From: an uncultured Mobiluncus sp.
GTDB lineage: Bacteria; Actinomycetota; Actinomycetes; Actinomycetales; Actinomycetaceae
DNA: 64,000 bases
Direction: 5' to 3'
Assembly (NCBI RefSeq): GCF_947087965.1
Contig: NZ_CAMUES010000009.1
Location: 8,695 to 72,694, forward strand
The translations under genes and the position numbers were made by a program. Below, piece after piece: positions 38,510-51,003 of this stretch. How positions within the stretch are numbered: the stretch's first letter is position 1; the number at the start of each line of letters is the position of its first letter. The notes beneath the pieces were generated by a model. It ran no database searches, was not told the DNA's origin, and was given only the letters and a program-made list of their open reading frames with translations.

Positions 38510-40129
38510 ATGTCCGATACGGAAACTAAGATGATTTATCCTTCTGCCCAAGCCGAAGCCCAAGCACGTCAGATGCACCAGCGCTGTGAGGCTTCTTTCC
38601 GTAGTTTGGTGCCAAACCTGGAGCGGGTGGTGGGACTGCCGGAAGGCCGTCCGTTACGAGCCGTCCAGTCCCCATTTACTGGAATTGATGCTTTCGGGGT
38701 TCCCCAAGCCACCCTGGCAGACTTGGATCAAGCCATCGTGCGTGCCCGTAGTGCGGGGCGGCGCTGGGGCAAGGCTCCTGCCGCCACCCGGGCGCAGTTT
38801 TTGTATAGACTTCATGACCTGCTGTGGCAGCACATGGACGAAATCCTCGACGTGATTCAGTGGGAAACCGGCAAGTCTCGCTACCATGCTTATGACGAGA
38901 TTCAGGATATCGCCCTGAACTGCCGCTACTATGCGCGCACCCTGCCTCATGCGGTTCGCGACGAGCGGCGCCGCGGGGCGTTTCCCGGTGTGACGCGTAC
39001 TTTCGTAATGTATGAGCCCAAGGGAGTTGTGGGGGTGATTGCGCCGTGGAACTACCCGCTATCGATGGGGATTACGGATGCTATCGCGGCTTTGGCGGCT
39101 GGTAATGCCATTGTGACCAAGCCGGATTCCAATACTCCGTTGTCGGTGGTGGTCGGCAAAGCCCTGATGGTAGAAGCCGGGCTGGATCCTGATTTGTTTA
39201 TTTTGGTGCCCGGACGTGGCTCCGAGCTGGGAACCCCGCTCATTGCACAAGTCGACTACATGATGTTTACCGGTTCGACCGCCACGGGACGGGTTATCGC
39301 CAAACAATCGGGCGAAAACCTAATCGGAGTTTCAGCTGAACTGGGCGGTAAGAACCCGATGATAGTGCTGGAGGACGCGCGGGTCGACGACGCGGTGCGA
39401 GGCCTGGTTCGGTCTGCCTACGCCAATACCGGCCAGCTTTGTGTTTCCATTGAGCGCCTCTATGTCCAAGACTCGATTTATGACGAGTTCAAGGCCAAGC
39501 TCATCAAACGTATCAACGATATGAAGGTTGAGGTTTCCTTTGACTGGGAGGCCGATATGGGGGTTCTAGTTTCCGACCACCAGCTCGAAACGATTGATAC
39601 CCAAGTTCAGGACGCTCTGAGCAAGGGCGCGGTAGCTCTGGCCGGCGGCCATGCATTGCCTGAAATTAGCTACACCGCTTATGCACCTACCCTTCTAGAA
39701 GGTGTCGAGGAAGGGATGACTCTGTTCAATCATGAGACCTTTGGTCCCGTGGTTTCTCTGTATCGTTTCCATACCGATGAACAGGCCATCGCTCTGGCCA
39801 ACGACACGAATTACGGCTTGAACGCCTCGGTTTGGGGCAAGCCGGCTCACGCAGTGGCGGTGGCTCGCCGGATTGAGGCCGGCACGGTCAACGTCAACGA
39901 GGGGTTCACCGCCGCCTGGGGTTCCACGGACGCTCCTATGGGTGGCTGGAAAGATTCTGGTCTGGGGCGTCGCCACGGTATCGAGGGCATCCATAAATAC
40001 ATGGAATCACGTACTATCGCGGTGCAAAACCGGGCAGTGCCGATTGCGCCGGTTATGGGATTGAGTCAGGAACAATACGTCAAGGTACTGAAGTTTGCCC
40101 TGAAAGCTCTGCGCTGGTTGCATCTCTAG
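38510..40129 (+). CDS. NAD(P)-dependent aldehyde dehydrogenase (succinic semialdehyde dehydrogenase-like)
   Basis: PWNYP, FTGST, ELGGKNP, catalytic GQLCVS, ETFGP. Confidence 0.88.
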   Translation: MSDTETKMIYPSAQAEAQARQMHQRCEASFRSLVPNLERVVGLPEGRPLRAVQSPFTGIDAFGVPQATLADLDQAIVRARSAGRRWGKAPAATRAQFLYRLHDLLWQHMDEILDVIQWETGKSRYHAYDEIQDIALNCRYYARTLPHAVRDERRRGAFPGVTRTFVMYEPKGVVGVIAPWNYPLSMGITDAIAALAAGNAIVTKPDSNTPLSVVVGKALMVEAGLDPDLFILVPGRGSELGTPLIAQVDYMMFTGSTATGRVIAKQSGENLIGVSAELGGKNPMIVLEDARVDDAVRGLVRSAYANTGQLCVSIERLYVQDSIYDEFKAKLIKRINDMKVEVSFDWEADMGVLVSDHQLETIDTQVQDALSKGAVALAGGHALPEISYTAYAPTLLEGVEEGMTLFNHETFGPVVSLYRFHTDEQAIALANDTNYGLNASVWGKPAHAVAVARRIEAGTVNVNEGFTAAWGSTDAPMGGWKDSGLGRRHGIEGIHKYMESRTIAVQNRAVPIAPVMGLSQEQYVKVLKFALKALRWLHL

Positions 40130-40220
40130 GGACGCATTTTCCTCTTCGCGACGGGTTCGGAATCGTGCCGGAGTAATGTTCGGTGTGACCGGACCCGCCG
40201 GCGTTTGGAGGCCGGAACGT

Positions 40221-40874
40221 TTAGCGGGGAATGTAGTAGCGTACCCGCCAGGCGGCGTCTCCGGATTTTGGGCGCCAGTTTTCGTCCGAACGGGTCAGGT
40301 CCAGTTGCCAGCGAACCGAATCGATGACCGGGGCATAAGCCACCGTGCTCATCGGAGGCACTATCGCGGTCATGTCCAGTTGGGTGACTACCAGCAAATC
40401 CGCCAATCCCAACTCCATGACTTCGCGATACACTTTGGCACCGCCGGTAATCCACACCTGGGGGGTGTTAGCGCAAAGTTCCAACGCTTCGGGGAGGCTG
40501 TGGGCTACCTCGACATCAGGGGCGGTGAACTCACGAGACCCGGTAAGCACGATATTGCGCCGACCGGGCAGGGCCTGTCCCAGGGAGAGGAACGAGGCGC
40601 GCCCCATAATAACCGGACTGCCCATGGTGGTGTCTTTGAAATGTTTAAAGTCCGCGGGGACGTGCCACAGCATTTTGCCGCCAGCACCCAACACTCGTGC
40701 CTTGTCCTCGGCCCAAATCATCCCGAGGACACCGATGCCGTGTCCGGCGCGAGATTCAGCCGGTGAACTCTCCGGGCTGGGGGTCGGGTCAGGAGGGACT
40801 GGCGGAGTCCATCCGTAGGGATTGTGTATTGGTTTATTTGCGCCAGGATTCAAGCCGACCATGCTGCCTCTCAC
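40221..40874 (-). CDS. folA: Dihydrofolate reductase
   Basis: MIWAE, WHVPADFKHFK, IMGR, LPGRRNIVL, GGAKVY; directly follows thyA. Confidence 0.92.
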   Translation of the reverse strand: MRGSMVGLNPGANKPIHNPYGWTPPVPPDPTPSPESSPAESRAGHGIGVLGMIWAEDKARVLGAGGKMLWHVPADFKHFKDTTMGSPVIMGRASFLSLGQALPGRRNIVLTGSREFTAPDVEVAHSLPEALELCANTPQVWITGGAKVYREVMELGLADLLVVTQLDMTAIVPPMSTVAYAPVIDSVRWQLDLTRSDENWRPKSGDAAWRVRYYIPR

Positions 40875-40875
40875 A

Positions 40876-41676
40876 TCAGACCGCTACGGGAGCGGAAATC
40901 TTGGGGTGGTGTTGATAATTCGCCAGACGAATCATGTCAAAAGTGTAGTCGTCAATGGAGTCGGCTTTATCCAGTTCCAAAGTGGGGAAGGGGAAAGGTT
41001 CGCGGGACAGCTGTTGGGTGACCTGGTCCACGTGGTTGGCGTAGATGTGGCAGTCTCCGCCGGTCCACACTAGTTCGCCGACCTGTAAATCAGACTGTTG
41101 AGCCAGCATATGGGTCAGCAAAGCGTAGGAGGCGATGTTGAAAGGCACCCCCAGGAACATATCCGCCGAACGCTGGTAAATCTGCAGGGACAGCCGGCCT
41201 TGCCCGACCCAGCATTGAAAGAAAGCGTGGCAGGGAGCCAGCGCCATCTGATCCAACTCCGAAACGTTCCAGGCCGACACCAGCATTCGTCGGGAAGAAG
41301 GATCGTTTTTCAGGGTATCGAGCAGGTTTCTCACCTGATCCACCGGGCCGGCTGCGGTGGGCCAGGCACGCCACTGATGACCGTAGATTGGTCCCAAATC
41401 CCCCGAGTCGTTCGCCCACTCGTCCCAAATATGGATGTTGTTCTCCTCTAGCCAGCGGTTGTTGGTCCCTCCCCGTAAGAACCACAGCAGCTCACCGACC
41501 ACGCCGTGCCAGTACAGACTCTTGGTCGTGATGGCGGGGAAACCTTGCGAGAGGTCATAGCGCAGCTGGCGCCCGAAAATCGAGCGGGTTCCCGTGCCGG
41601 TACGGTCGGGTTTTTCCACGCCGTGGGACATAATGTCGGCTAATAAGTCCTCGTATTGGTGGTCGGTGATGGTCAT
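40876..41676 (-). CDS. thyA: Thymidylate synthase
   Basis: [36 protein letters not shown]. Confidence 0.97.
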   Translation of the reverse strand: MTITDHQYEDLLADIMSHGVEKPDRTGTGTRSIFGRQLRYDLSQGFPAITTKSLYWHGVVGELLWFLRGGTNNRWLEENNIHIWDEWANDSGDLGPIYGHQWRAWPTAAGPVDQVRNLLDTLKNDPSSRRMLVSAWNVSELDQMALAPCHAFFQCWVGQGRLSLQIYQRSADMFLGVPFNIASYALLTHMLAQQSDLQVGELVWTGGDCHIYANHVDQVTQQLSREPFPFPTLELDKADSIDDYTFDMIRLANYQHHPKISAPVAV

Positions 41677-41731
41677 ATCTTCCCTTCTTAAACACGCTGA
41701 AGGCGGTATAAAACCACTGTATCAGGGACCC

Positions 41732-42223
41732 CTACAGCAAAAATTCGTCCGCCTTGACAGTCTCTTTGGCGAAGGCATTTACAATGGTCTTTACTACGGC
41801 TCGTTCCACTCCCACCGCAAAAAAAGGAATCGCGCAGGTGGCTTCGCCCTCTAGCGTAATTTCGGTGCCGGACTGCGGGGTCGGCTCAGATTTCGCCACC
41901 ATAGTGGTCGAAAACTTTACGGGGACACCTGCCATCGAGCCGCTCATAGTGCCGTTCTCAATCCACCCGGACTGATTCAAATCCCAGACTTCCACCACTT
42001 TTAGGTTCAGCCCGGTATTGAGCTTGTTGGCCAGTTGGTCTAGGTATTCAGTAGAAATGGACACGGTGGATGATACCCGGATGCGGTTATCGGTCAGGCT
42101 CAAATCGACTTGGGCGTGATTATCAAAATCCGCCCAGCGTTTCTTGTAGTATTCCGGGTTTTTCAACATCGCGGTGACTTGGGCGCGAGATCCGGGATAA
42201 ACCAGGGTCTGGGTGAATTTCAT
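41732..42223 (-). CDS. DUF2505-like (START-fold) protein
   Basis: MKFTQTLVYP start after an AGGAG RBS; size and C-terminal CAIPFFAVGVE pattern are typical of DUF2505. Confidence 0.65.
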   Translation of the reverse strand: MKFTQTLVYPGSRAQVTAMLKNPEYYKKRWADFDNHAQVDLSLTDNRIRVSSTVSISTEYLDQLANKLNTGLNLKVVEVWDLNQSGWIENGTMSGSMAGVPVKFSTTMVAKSEPTPQSGTEITLEGEATCAIPFFAVGVERAVVKTIVNAFAKETVKADEFLL

Positions 42224-42308
42224 GTCGGGTTTCTCCTGAAGTTTCAATTTACCTTTATATTCTAAATGCAGGTTGCTCAAAACACAGCTCAACGCATAAC
42301 CTGAGAGG

Positions 42309-43775
42309 GTGTCGACGTTTAAACGCTCCCTGGGGGAATCCCCATTTCAGGCATTGACCGAAGAAGCTGTAGAACAGCTGTATCGTTTGGTGTCGGATTG
42401 GCAGATTATTTCTGACCTGTCCCAAGCTGATTTGTTGCTGTGGCTGCCGAACCGTTATGACGGAATGTCTTGCGCGGCTCACTGCCGCCCGGCTACGGGC
42501 CCTACGGTTCACCTCGATGACGTCATTGGACTGAACTTGCCTGCCACCCGTCTGCCCCTTCTGGAACAGGTCTTGTTGAAAGGGGAAATTATTGAGAACC
42601 CCGTACGCCGTTGGACGGGAATGAACACGGTATCCGAGGTGCTGGTGCCGGTGCCTTTTGCGGGACGAAACATTGGAGTCCTGGCGATTGAAACCAACCT
42701 GGCTTTCCAGGTCGGCGAGATTGGTGGCGAGGGTTGGTTTAAAGCGGTTTCCCGGACGTTGTGGAAGATGGTGGCGGCCGGAGACTTTCCTTTTGAGGTC
42801 ACCCCGACCACCGGCAAACACGGCAATCCCCGGGTGGCCGATGGGGCTTTGATGCTGGATAATGAGGGGCTGGTAGAACATTGTTCACCGAACGGGATTT
42901 CTGCTTTTAAACGGCTTGGTTTTCACAACCAGCTTCATGGCACGAAACTTAGCGACTCCGTCTTGCCGCTGTTGGAAAAAGGCGCCGTCATCGATGAGGA
43001 TTTGTCAACAGTGCTGCGGGGACGATCTTCTGCCTTGGCCGAGATTGACGTGCGCGGAGTGGATTTGACCATTCGTTCGCTACCGCTGGTCGAGGAAGGG
43101 GAACGGATTGGAGCCCTGCTACTGTGCCGTGATGTGACCGAAAAACGCCATCGTGAAAAGGAACTGTTGAGCAAAGATGCCACCATTCGCGAAGTGCATC
43201 ACCGGGTGAAAAACAACCTCCAAACGGTCAGTGCTTTGTTGCGCCTGCAAGCTCGCCGTTCGGATAACGCGGTGGTTCAAGAGGAATTGTCTCAGGCGGA
43301 ACGGCGAATTTCGATTATCGCGATGGTGCACGAGGCGCTGTCACATACGGTTGATGAGACCGTGTCTTTTGACGACACGTTCCGTAAGCTACTGGCTTTG
43401 GTGGCGACCGCGGCCTCTTCGGACCACTTTGTGGAGACGCGTTTCTTGGGCAGCTTTGGGACGCTGGGTGCGGACGCGGCCTCCGCCCTCGGGTTGGTGC
43501 TTACTGAGCTGGTGACCAACGCGATTGAACACGGTTTGGAAGGCCGTAGCGGGGTGGTAGAGGTCGAGGCCCACCGGGACGACCACAACGAGACTTTGGT
43601 GGTGACCGTGACCGATGACGGACACGGACTCACCGGCAAATCGGTCGGTTCGGGCTTGGGTACTCAGATTGTCCAGACTCTGGTCAAAACCGAACTGGTT
43701 GGGACAGTGCAGTGGGAAAACCGAGAGCCTCCCGCTAGCGGTACGATTGTGCGCCTCACCGCTACCAAGCTGTAA
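42309..43775 (+). CDS. pdtaS: Cytoplasmic sensor histidine kinase, PdtaS-like
   Basis: DWQIISDLSQADLLLW and CRPATGPT N-terminal domain, PRVADG, EVHHRVKNNLQ H-box, ELVTNAIEHG N-box. Confidence 0.85.
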   Translation: MSTFKRSLGESPFQALTEEAVEQLYRLVSDWQIISDLSQADLLLWLPNRYDGMSCAAHCRPATGPTVHLDDVIGLNLPATRLPLLEQVLLKGEIIENPVRRWTGMNTVSEVLVPVPFAGRNIGVLAIETNLAFQVGEIGGEGWFKAVSRTLWKMVAAGDFPFEVTPTTGKHGNPRVADGALMLDNEGLVEHCSPNGISAFKRLGFHNQLHGTKLSDSVLPLLEKGAVIDEDLSTVLRGRSSALAEIDVRGVDLTIRSLPLVEEGERIGALLLCRDVTEKRHREKELLSKDATIREVHHRVKNNLQTVSALLRLQARRSDNAVVQEELSQAERRISIIAMVHEALSHTVDETVSFDDTFRKLLALVATAASSDHFVETRFLGSFGTLGADAASALGLVLTELVTNAIEHGLEGRSGVVEVEAHRDDHNETLVVTVTDDGHGLTGKSVGSGLGTQIVQTLVKTELVGTVQWENREPPASGTIVRLTATKL

Positions 43776-43808
43776 GCCGGCAGCTTCCGGTCGCCTGCTG
43801 GAGCTGGT

Positions 43809-43850
43809 AAAAAAACCGTGGTGGTGAGCTACCTAATGCGCTCACCACCA
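43809..43850 (-). terminator. Terminator for whiB1
   Basis: TGGTGGTGAGC / GCTCACCACCA inverted repeat with an A7 run on the plus strand. Confidence 0.65.
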
Positions 43851-43892
43851 GCGGGGTCTTTCCTGGGGTTGACGTCCCCAGAGGCGTGTAAC

Positions 43893-44156
43893 TTAGAGGC
43901 TCGAGGCGCGGCGCGCACGGGCATTGCGGGCATTGCGACGCTTCAAAGAACGGCGCTCATCCTCGCTGGTGCCGCCCCAGACACCGGCATCTTGGTTATT
44001 GTCCAGAGCCCACTTCAGGCAAATGTCCACAACCTGGCAGGTCGCGCACACGGCCTTAGCTTCTTCAATCTGAGCCAATGCCGGGCCGGTGTTTCCTACG
44101 GGGAAGAAAAGTTCAGGATCTACGGTTAAGCAAGCTGCTTGATCGCGCCAGTCCAT
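43893..44156 (-). CDS. whiB1: WhiB family Fe-S transcription factor (WhiB1-like)
   Basis: MDWRDQAACLTVDPELFFPVGNTGPA, four Cys, GVWGG, basic C-terminus. Confidence 0.93.
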   Translation of the reverse strand: MDWRDQAACLTVDPELFFPVGNTGPALAQIEEAKAVCATCQVVDICLKWALDNNQDAGVWGGTSEDERRSLKRRNARNARARRASSL

Positions 44157-44292
44157 AATTGCTCCTTAGAGTTCGGTGCAAAAGATTCGGTTAGGGATTT
44201 GTAAAACTTTTGCGTGGAATAAATTCGACTTAACAAGGGTGACATCATTCCAGCGCATTTTCAAGAGATGTAAATGAAGAATTTTTCAAAAA

Positions 44293-47200
44293 TCAGGTGA
44301 TATGTGTCACATTAGCACTCGGAGGGATCAGCGCGCCCACTTCGGTACCGTTCTGATAAATTGCTGTAAATTCGCCAATAGCCTGGAGTTTTCGGACGAA
44401 GTCCATCTCGATATCGAGGTAATTTGCTACCCGGTGTCTGGCTTCGATGGTGTTTCCTAAACGGGCCAGCGTTACTTTCCGATTGGTAAAATTTGGTAAT
44501 GAGAGGGTTAAATTTCCCGACATAAGCCCAGGTGAACGTAATTCTAGGAATGTTAGGTCAAACTTCAGGCTACTCTCAACACACTCCCGTAAAATATTCA
44601 GGTTAGGGGTGTTGTGTTCAGAATTGGAAACAACAACAAAGATATCCCGGTCGATGTGTTCAAGTTCAAAATCTTCTGCCTCAATCACCCGATAGCCGAG
44701 ACGGCGATATTCCCGTTTCAATTGAGCCACCAGGGGACGCATCTCGGCGAGGTCGTCTACTACCCAGTGACGCCGCGCGGGTGAGAGGCTTAGCCAATCA
44801 CGGCGCGATGAGGACCAGCCTAGCGTAACTTGCTGAGCGGAGTGGGGCATTTCTCGATGGGAAAACACTTTCGGCAAATCTGTTATGACAATTACCTCAC
44901 CGCACGGGGCCGTCGGTGCGTCGTCAGGAGAATCCGCGCGAAGCACAGTACCGGCCATTTCGGCTAAACCCTCGCAGTTGGGCAGACCGATTTGGGCGGT
45001 AGCACACGTGTTGCCGATTTGCCACACCCCGCGGCCGGGCGTAACTACGGCAGGCAAAGCCTCACTCAGACGCCCGCGTACTCCGTTGGATTCAATGCCG
45101 GCAGAATGCAAATCCACCGTATCGCGTGGGCACAACACAAACTTTTCCCCAGCCAAGGCTCCCCAAGCGGTATGCCCAGCACTCAAAGGAGCCGTGAAAG
45201 CCAGCAAATAGCCCCCGGCCCCATTTTCGCTCAGCAACGTTTCCAGGCGCTTGATTCCTTGGCCTGGATAGAGTCGTTCCAGCTCGTCAGCCAGCAAATC
45301 TGCACGGTCAATAGCCACCGCAGCCCCCTCTAAACCACGGTTTGCCGCTAAGGACATGAATTGATCGAGTTTCCACAAGTCTTTCGGGGCGAATACGGTG
45401 AGAATACGTTGGAGTGGGGATGCCAACGGTTCGCGCAGCCTGCCCCACCGGTTCCAGAACGCCGACGGGTTGGGGGTGATGACTATCACCGAGCGAGTTT
45501 GCCTCAGCCATGTCGTGGTCAGGGTGGCCAGGGCGGTAGTACGTCCGCTGCTGGGATTGCCGAAAATCCCCAAGCTCGTTTGGGGCAAGCGCCAGCTTTG
45601 GTGAGCCTGGTGGGGAAAGTCCAGCAGGGCGAAGCGGCCGGGGGGACACGGCGTGGCCAGTGGTAAATCGGGACACCATATTTCCGGTAGGGGTGCATTT
45701 TCGCAGCTTTGCTCCCAGGCTTGGCGAACCTGATCCACACTGTGTCGTACCCAGTCGGCTTTGCCGCACCAGGCGGCTTGTGCCACGCCGGAGGTGAGCC
45801 CCTCCCAATACAGACGTCCCGGAATGGGCGGGAGGCTCGCCGCCCGCGTATCGCTGAGTATCTCGGTCGAGTCTTGGGGAGAACGAACCCGCAGAGCTAT
45901 CCGCAGGTTGGTATTAGCCAGAATCTGGCCGTTAACCACCCCACCGGGCTTTTGCGTAGCCAAAATCAGGTGTAGTCCCAGCGAACGTCCGTGCGTAGCC
46001 AGGCGAATCAGGTTTTCCAAAGTTTCGGGATGATCCGTGGCTAGGGCGCGAAATTCGTCCACTACGATGAGGATTCGAGGTAGCCGTTGTCCCGTGAGCT
46101 GGTGATAGTGCTCCAGGTCGCGGGCTTTAACCCGGGACAGAACCGTCTCGCGCTGCTTCAGGAACGCCTCCAGGGACGCCAGGGCACGAGCGGTGAGCTG
46201 CGGTGACAAGTCCGTCAACACGCCGTGAGTGTGGGGCAGCGCGCCGAGCGCCTCGAATGCCGCCCCACCCTTGTAATCAAGCAAAATAAACCGTAGGTCA
46301 CGGGGAGAGTAGCGCAGAGCCAATGCCAGCAACCAGGTGGTCAGCAGCTCCGATTTCCCGGCCCCGGTTGTGCCCGCCACCAGGGCGTGAGGTCCTTCTT
46401 TCACCAAATCAATCCGCCACGGACGTTCTGCGGCGCTCACCCCGAGCTGGGCGCACAAGCCTGGGGGAGGTGTCTGCCAGCTTTGGGCGATAGCCTCGGG
46501 ACTGGTTTGCCCCCACTGGCTGACATCAACCAAGTCGGGCAGGCTTTCGGCGGGGGGTATGGCGGTCAAGTTCAGGCGCTGCGGATTGTCCCCCAAGGCC
46601 TCCAGGAGAGAGTCGAACCAGGCGGCTGTAATAATGCGGCGGCGTGGGGACGGGTTGAGTATACGTTGCGCCCACGGCGGAGGCGTATCGGCGGTGATGG
46701 TCATCCCGACTTCGTCCGTCTCTAAATGTGGGGTTTCGTCGGGGTCAAACACGCGAATTACCAGGGGTTGCGGTGCGGTCTGGCCCGGTTCTTCGCGAGG
46801 TTTGATTCCGCGCCACGGGTCTGGATTCTTTTCGCTGAGACGAGCTTGACCAAACAGGATAGCTTGTGCGATGACCCACCGGGCTTGGTCCGTGCCTCTC
46901 GCTCCGGTGAAACACAGCGTTTCCCCCGGTTGAATCTGCAGGACTCGCCGGCGTAGTTTCCGACCCGAAAACACCCGAATCGCGGTGACCTTTTGCGAGG
47001 GCGTCGCCAAAGGGGTGGCGGAGGCAAGCCACAGCTTTTCCGGATTCGGTACTGTCAGCGCCCGTCGGATGAACACCACCAGGGCAATCGCGGCGGCAAT
47101 GCCCAGAATCACCAGCAGGCGCCACCCCAGGAAAGCTCCCAATCCCAACATGAGCAGCAGCGGTAGGAACATAAACAAAGCGGTACGTCCCGCAAACTGT

Positions 47201-47565
47201 CGCGGTGCCGGGGGAGGAGTCAGTCGAAGGTCGGGTGGGCGGTGGCTTAGGCGCAAGATGGTGGCCCCAAGTTTTAGGCGCGCACCGGGCTTGAGACGGC
47301 AGGCCCGACGTATCCGGTGGGTCCAGGGCAATGTTTTCCACAGTTTGTACACAGGCGCGGAACCAGGAAACGGCAAAGCGCGCAAAGTTTTTTTCGACGG
47401 CTCCAGGTGCAGATTTTGACGCGAGATTTGCGGGTCGCTCAACCCGCTCAGTCTGCCAAAAATCCCTGGAATCGCGGGCAATGCTTGGCCTGAATCGGGT
47501 CCTTTGACAACGACCCAGAGCAGCGGTGATGTCAGAGCCGCCCGTGGTTGCAAAAAATGTTCCAT
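44293..47565 (-). CDS. FHA-like domain + TM + FtsK/SpoIIIE ATPase protein (EccC/EssC-like)
   Basis: N-terminal GR...DPQISR (FHA-like), two TMs, GPHALVAGTTGAGKSELL Walker A, DYKGG, VVDEF Walker B, GRSLGLHLILATQKP, and a degenerate second P-loop GNPSSGRTT. Confidence 0.82.
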   Translation of the reverse strand: MEHFLQPRAALTSPLLWVVVKGPDSGQALPAIPGIFGRLSGLSDPQISRQNLHLEPSKKTLRALPFPGSAPVYKLWKTLPWTHRIRRACRLKPGARLKLGATILRLSHRPPDLRLTPPPAPRQFAGRTALFMFLPLLLMLGLGAFLGWRLLVILGIAAAIALVVFIRRALTVPNPEKLWLASATPLATPSQKVTAIRVFSGRKLRRRVLQIQPGETLCFTGARGTDQARWVIAQAILFGQARLSEKNPDPWRGIKPREEPGQTAPQPLVIRVFDPDETPHLETDEVGMTITADTPPPWAQRILNPSPRRRIITAAWFDSLLEALGDNPQRLNLTAIPPAESLPDLVDVSQWGQTSPEAIAQSWQTPPPGLCAQLGVSAAERPWRIDLVKEGPHALVAGTTGAGKSELLTTWLLALALRYSPRDLRFILLDYKGGAAFEALGALPHTHGVLTDLSPQLTARALASLEAFLKQRETVLSRVKARDLEHYHQLTGQRLPRILIVVDEFRALATDHPETLENLIRLATHGRSLGLHLILATQKPGGVVNGQILANTNLRIALRVRSPQDSTEILSDTRAASLPPIPGRLYWEGLTSGVAQAAWCGKADWVRHSVDQVRQAWEQSCENAPLPEIWCPDLPLATPCPPGRFALLDFPHQAHQSWRLPQTSLGIFGNPSSGRTTALATLTTTWLRQTRSVIVITPNPSAFWNRWGRLREPLASPLQRILTVFAPKDLWKLDQFMSLAANRGLEGAAVAIDRADLLADELERLYPGQGIKRLETLLSENGAGGYLLAFTAPLSAGHTAWGALAGEKFVLCPRDTVDLHSAGIESNGVRGRLSEALPAVVTPGRGVWQIGNTCATAQIGLPNCEGLAEMAGTVLRADSPDDAPTAPCGEVIVITDLPKVFSHREMPHSAQQVTLGWSSSRRDWLSLSPARRHWVVDDLAEMRPLVAQLKREYRRLGYRVIEAEDFELEHIDRDIFVVVSNSEHNTPNLNILRECVESSLKFDLTFLELRSPGLMSGNLTLSLPNFTNRKVTLARLGNTIEARHRVANYLDIEMDFVRKLQAIGEFTAIYQNGTEVGALIPPSANVTHIT

Positions 47566-47590
47566 ACCCTCAAGTTAGGGACCACAGTCG

Positions 47591-47670
47591 ATTTTCACAA
47601 ACGGTTATCCACAGCCTGTGGATAACCGTAGGTGAGGACTTGTTGATAACCCTCAAAAAGTTGTGCAAAA
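47591..47670. promoter_or_regulatory. Cluster of DnaA boxes
   Basis: Perfect TTATCCACA (47605-47613) and TGTGGATAA (47617-47625), plus near matches ATTTTCACA (47591), TGTTGATAA (47641) and TGTGCAAAA (47662). Confidence 0.7.
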
Positions 47671-47737
47671 CCTGTTTAGAGCGTAGCTCTGACCCAGAGA
47701 ACCAGGATAGTAACCGGAAGAACCTAAACCAGGAAAA

Positions 47738-48301
47738 TCAGTGAGTTTGGTAGCAAATCTGGGCAGCGACCTGTTGCGCCTGAGCCTCATCACGCAGCAG
47801 AGTAATAATTTCCAAAGCAAAGTCGATGGAGGAGCCCAGCGCCCGGGCGGTGATGACCCGACCGTCGTGAATCAAGCCGGTATCGGTATAATCTGCAGCC
47901 CCCAAGCCGTCTTGGAAACCGGGATAAACCGTAGCTTTATGTTCATCGAGCAGTCCCAGTGCCCCCAATACCGTCGGTCCGGCGCATACTGCTGCCAGAT
48001 TTTCCTGATGAGAACGCAGAATCTGGGACAGTTTGGATGACGCTTTGAGGTTATCTACCCCGAGCTTACCACCAGGGATGACCAGGACTTTTTCGTCGCT
48101 GGGGGCATAGCTATTGAGGTGTACATCACAAATCAAAGGAACCTGGTGCGAGCTCACGATGGTTCGCGCCTTTTCATCATCGCCGGCGGCATCGTTGACC
48201 GCCACCGTTTGAATCTCGATTCCCCCGCGCCGCAACAAATCTACGACCAGCAGGGCTTCGCATTCTTCAACACCATTAGCAATAAAAATACTGGCTTCCA
48301 T
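47738..48301 (-). CDS. DJ-1/PfpI (YajL/ThiJ-like) protein
   Basis: NGVEECEAL, IPGG, AAVCAGP (catalytic Cys). Confidence 0.9.
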   Translation of the reverse strand: MEASIFIANGVEECEALLVVDLLRRGGIEIQTVAVNDAAGDDEKARTIVSSHQVPLICDVHLNSYAPSDEKVLVIPGGKLGVDNLKASSKLSQILRSHQENLAAVCAGPTVLGALGLLDEHKATVYPGFQDGLGAADYTDTGLIHDGRVITARALGSSIDFALEIITLLRDEAQAQQVAAQICYQTH

Positions 48302-48474
48302 CTCGTCTCCTTAATCATTTGTTTCATTTTCGTTCCCAGTTTACAAGGAGGCGGGTTAATTTGAGACCCCAGGAACTTCGTAAGTTCCACCGCAAGTTGT
48401 GAGAGCACGGAGTATTTACCGGAAAGTCCCGGGTACGCCAAGGTCCAAATTTTGCCTTTCCGGGTTGGCCTTAA

Positions 48475-50877
<2,403 letters not shown>

Positions 50878-51003
50878 GCCAGTCCTGTGATGGGCGGCAG
50901 TCCGGGGTCGAGGCGTGGACAGCTTGGTTCTGAGTGCGGGGCGAGCTGCGGGTTGCCCCCGGCGGATTGCTGACGTGTGGGCGAAATCCCAGAATACCCA
51001 GCT

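Noticed and set aside
42309..44156. Histidine kinase without a cognate regulator, convergent with whiB1
   Set aside because: This is the usual actinobacterial arrangement; pdtaR is normally unlinked.
47591..47670. Replication origin oriC
   Set aside because: No dnaA/dnaN/rpmH context and no evident DNA-unwinding element; reported only as a box cluster.
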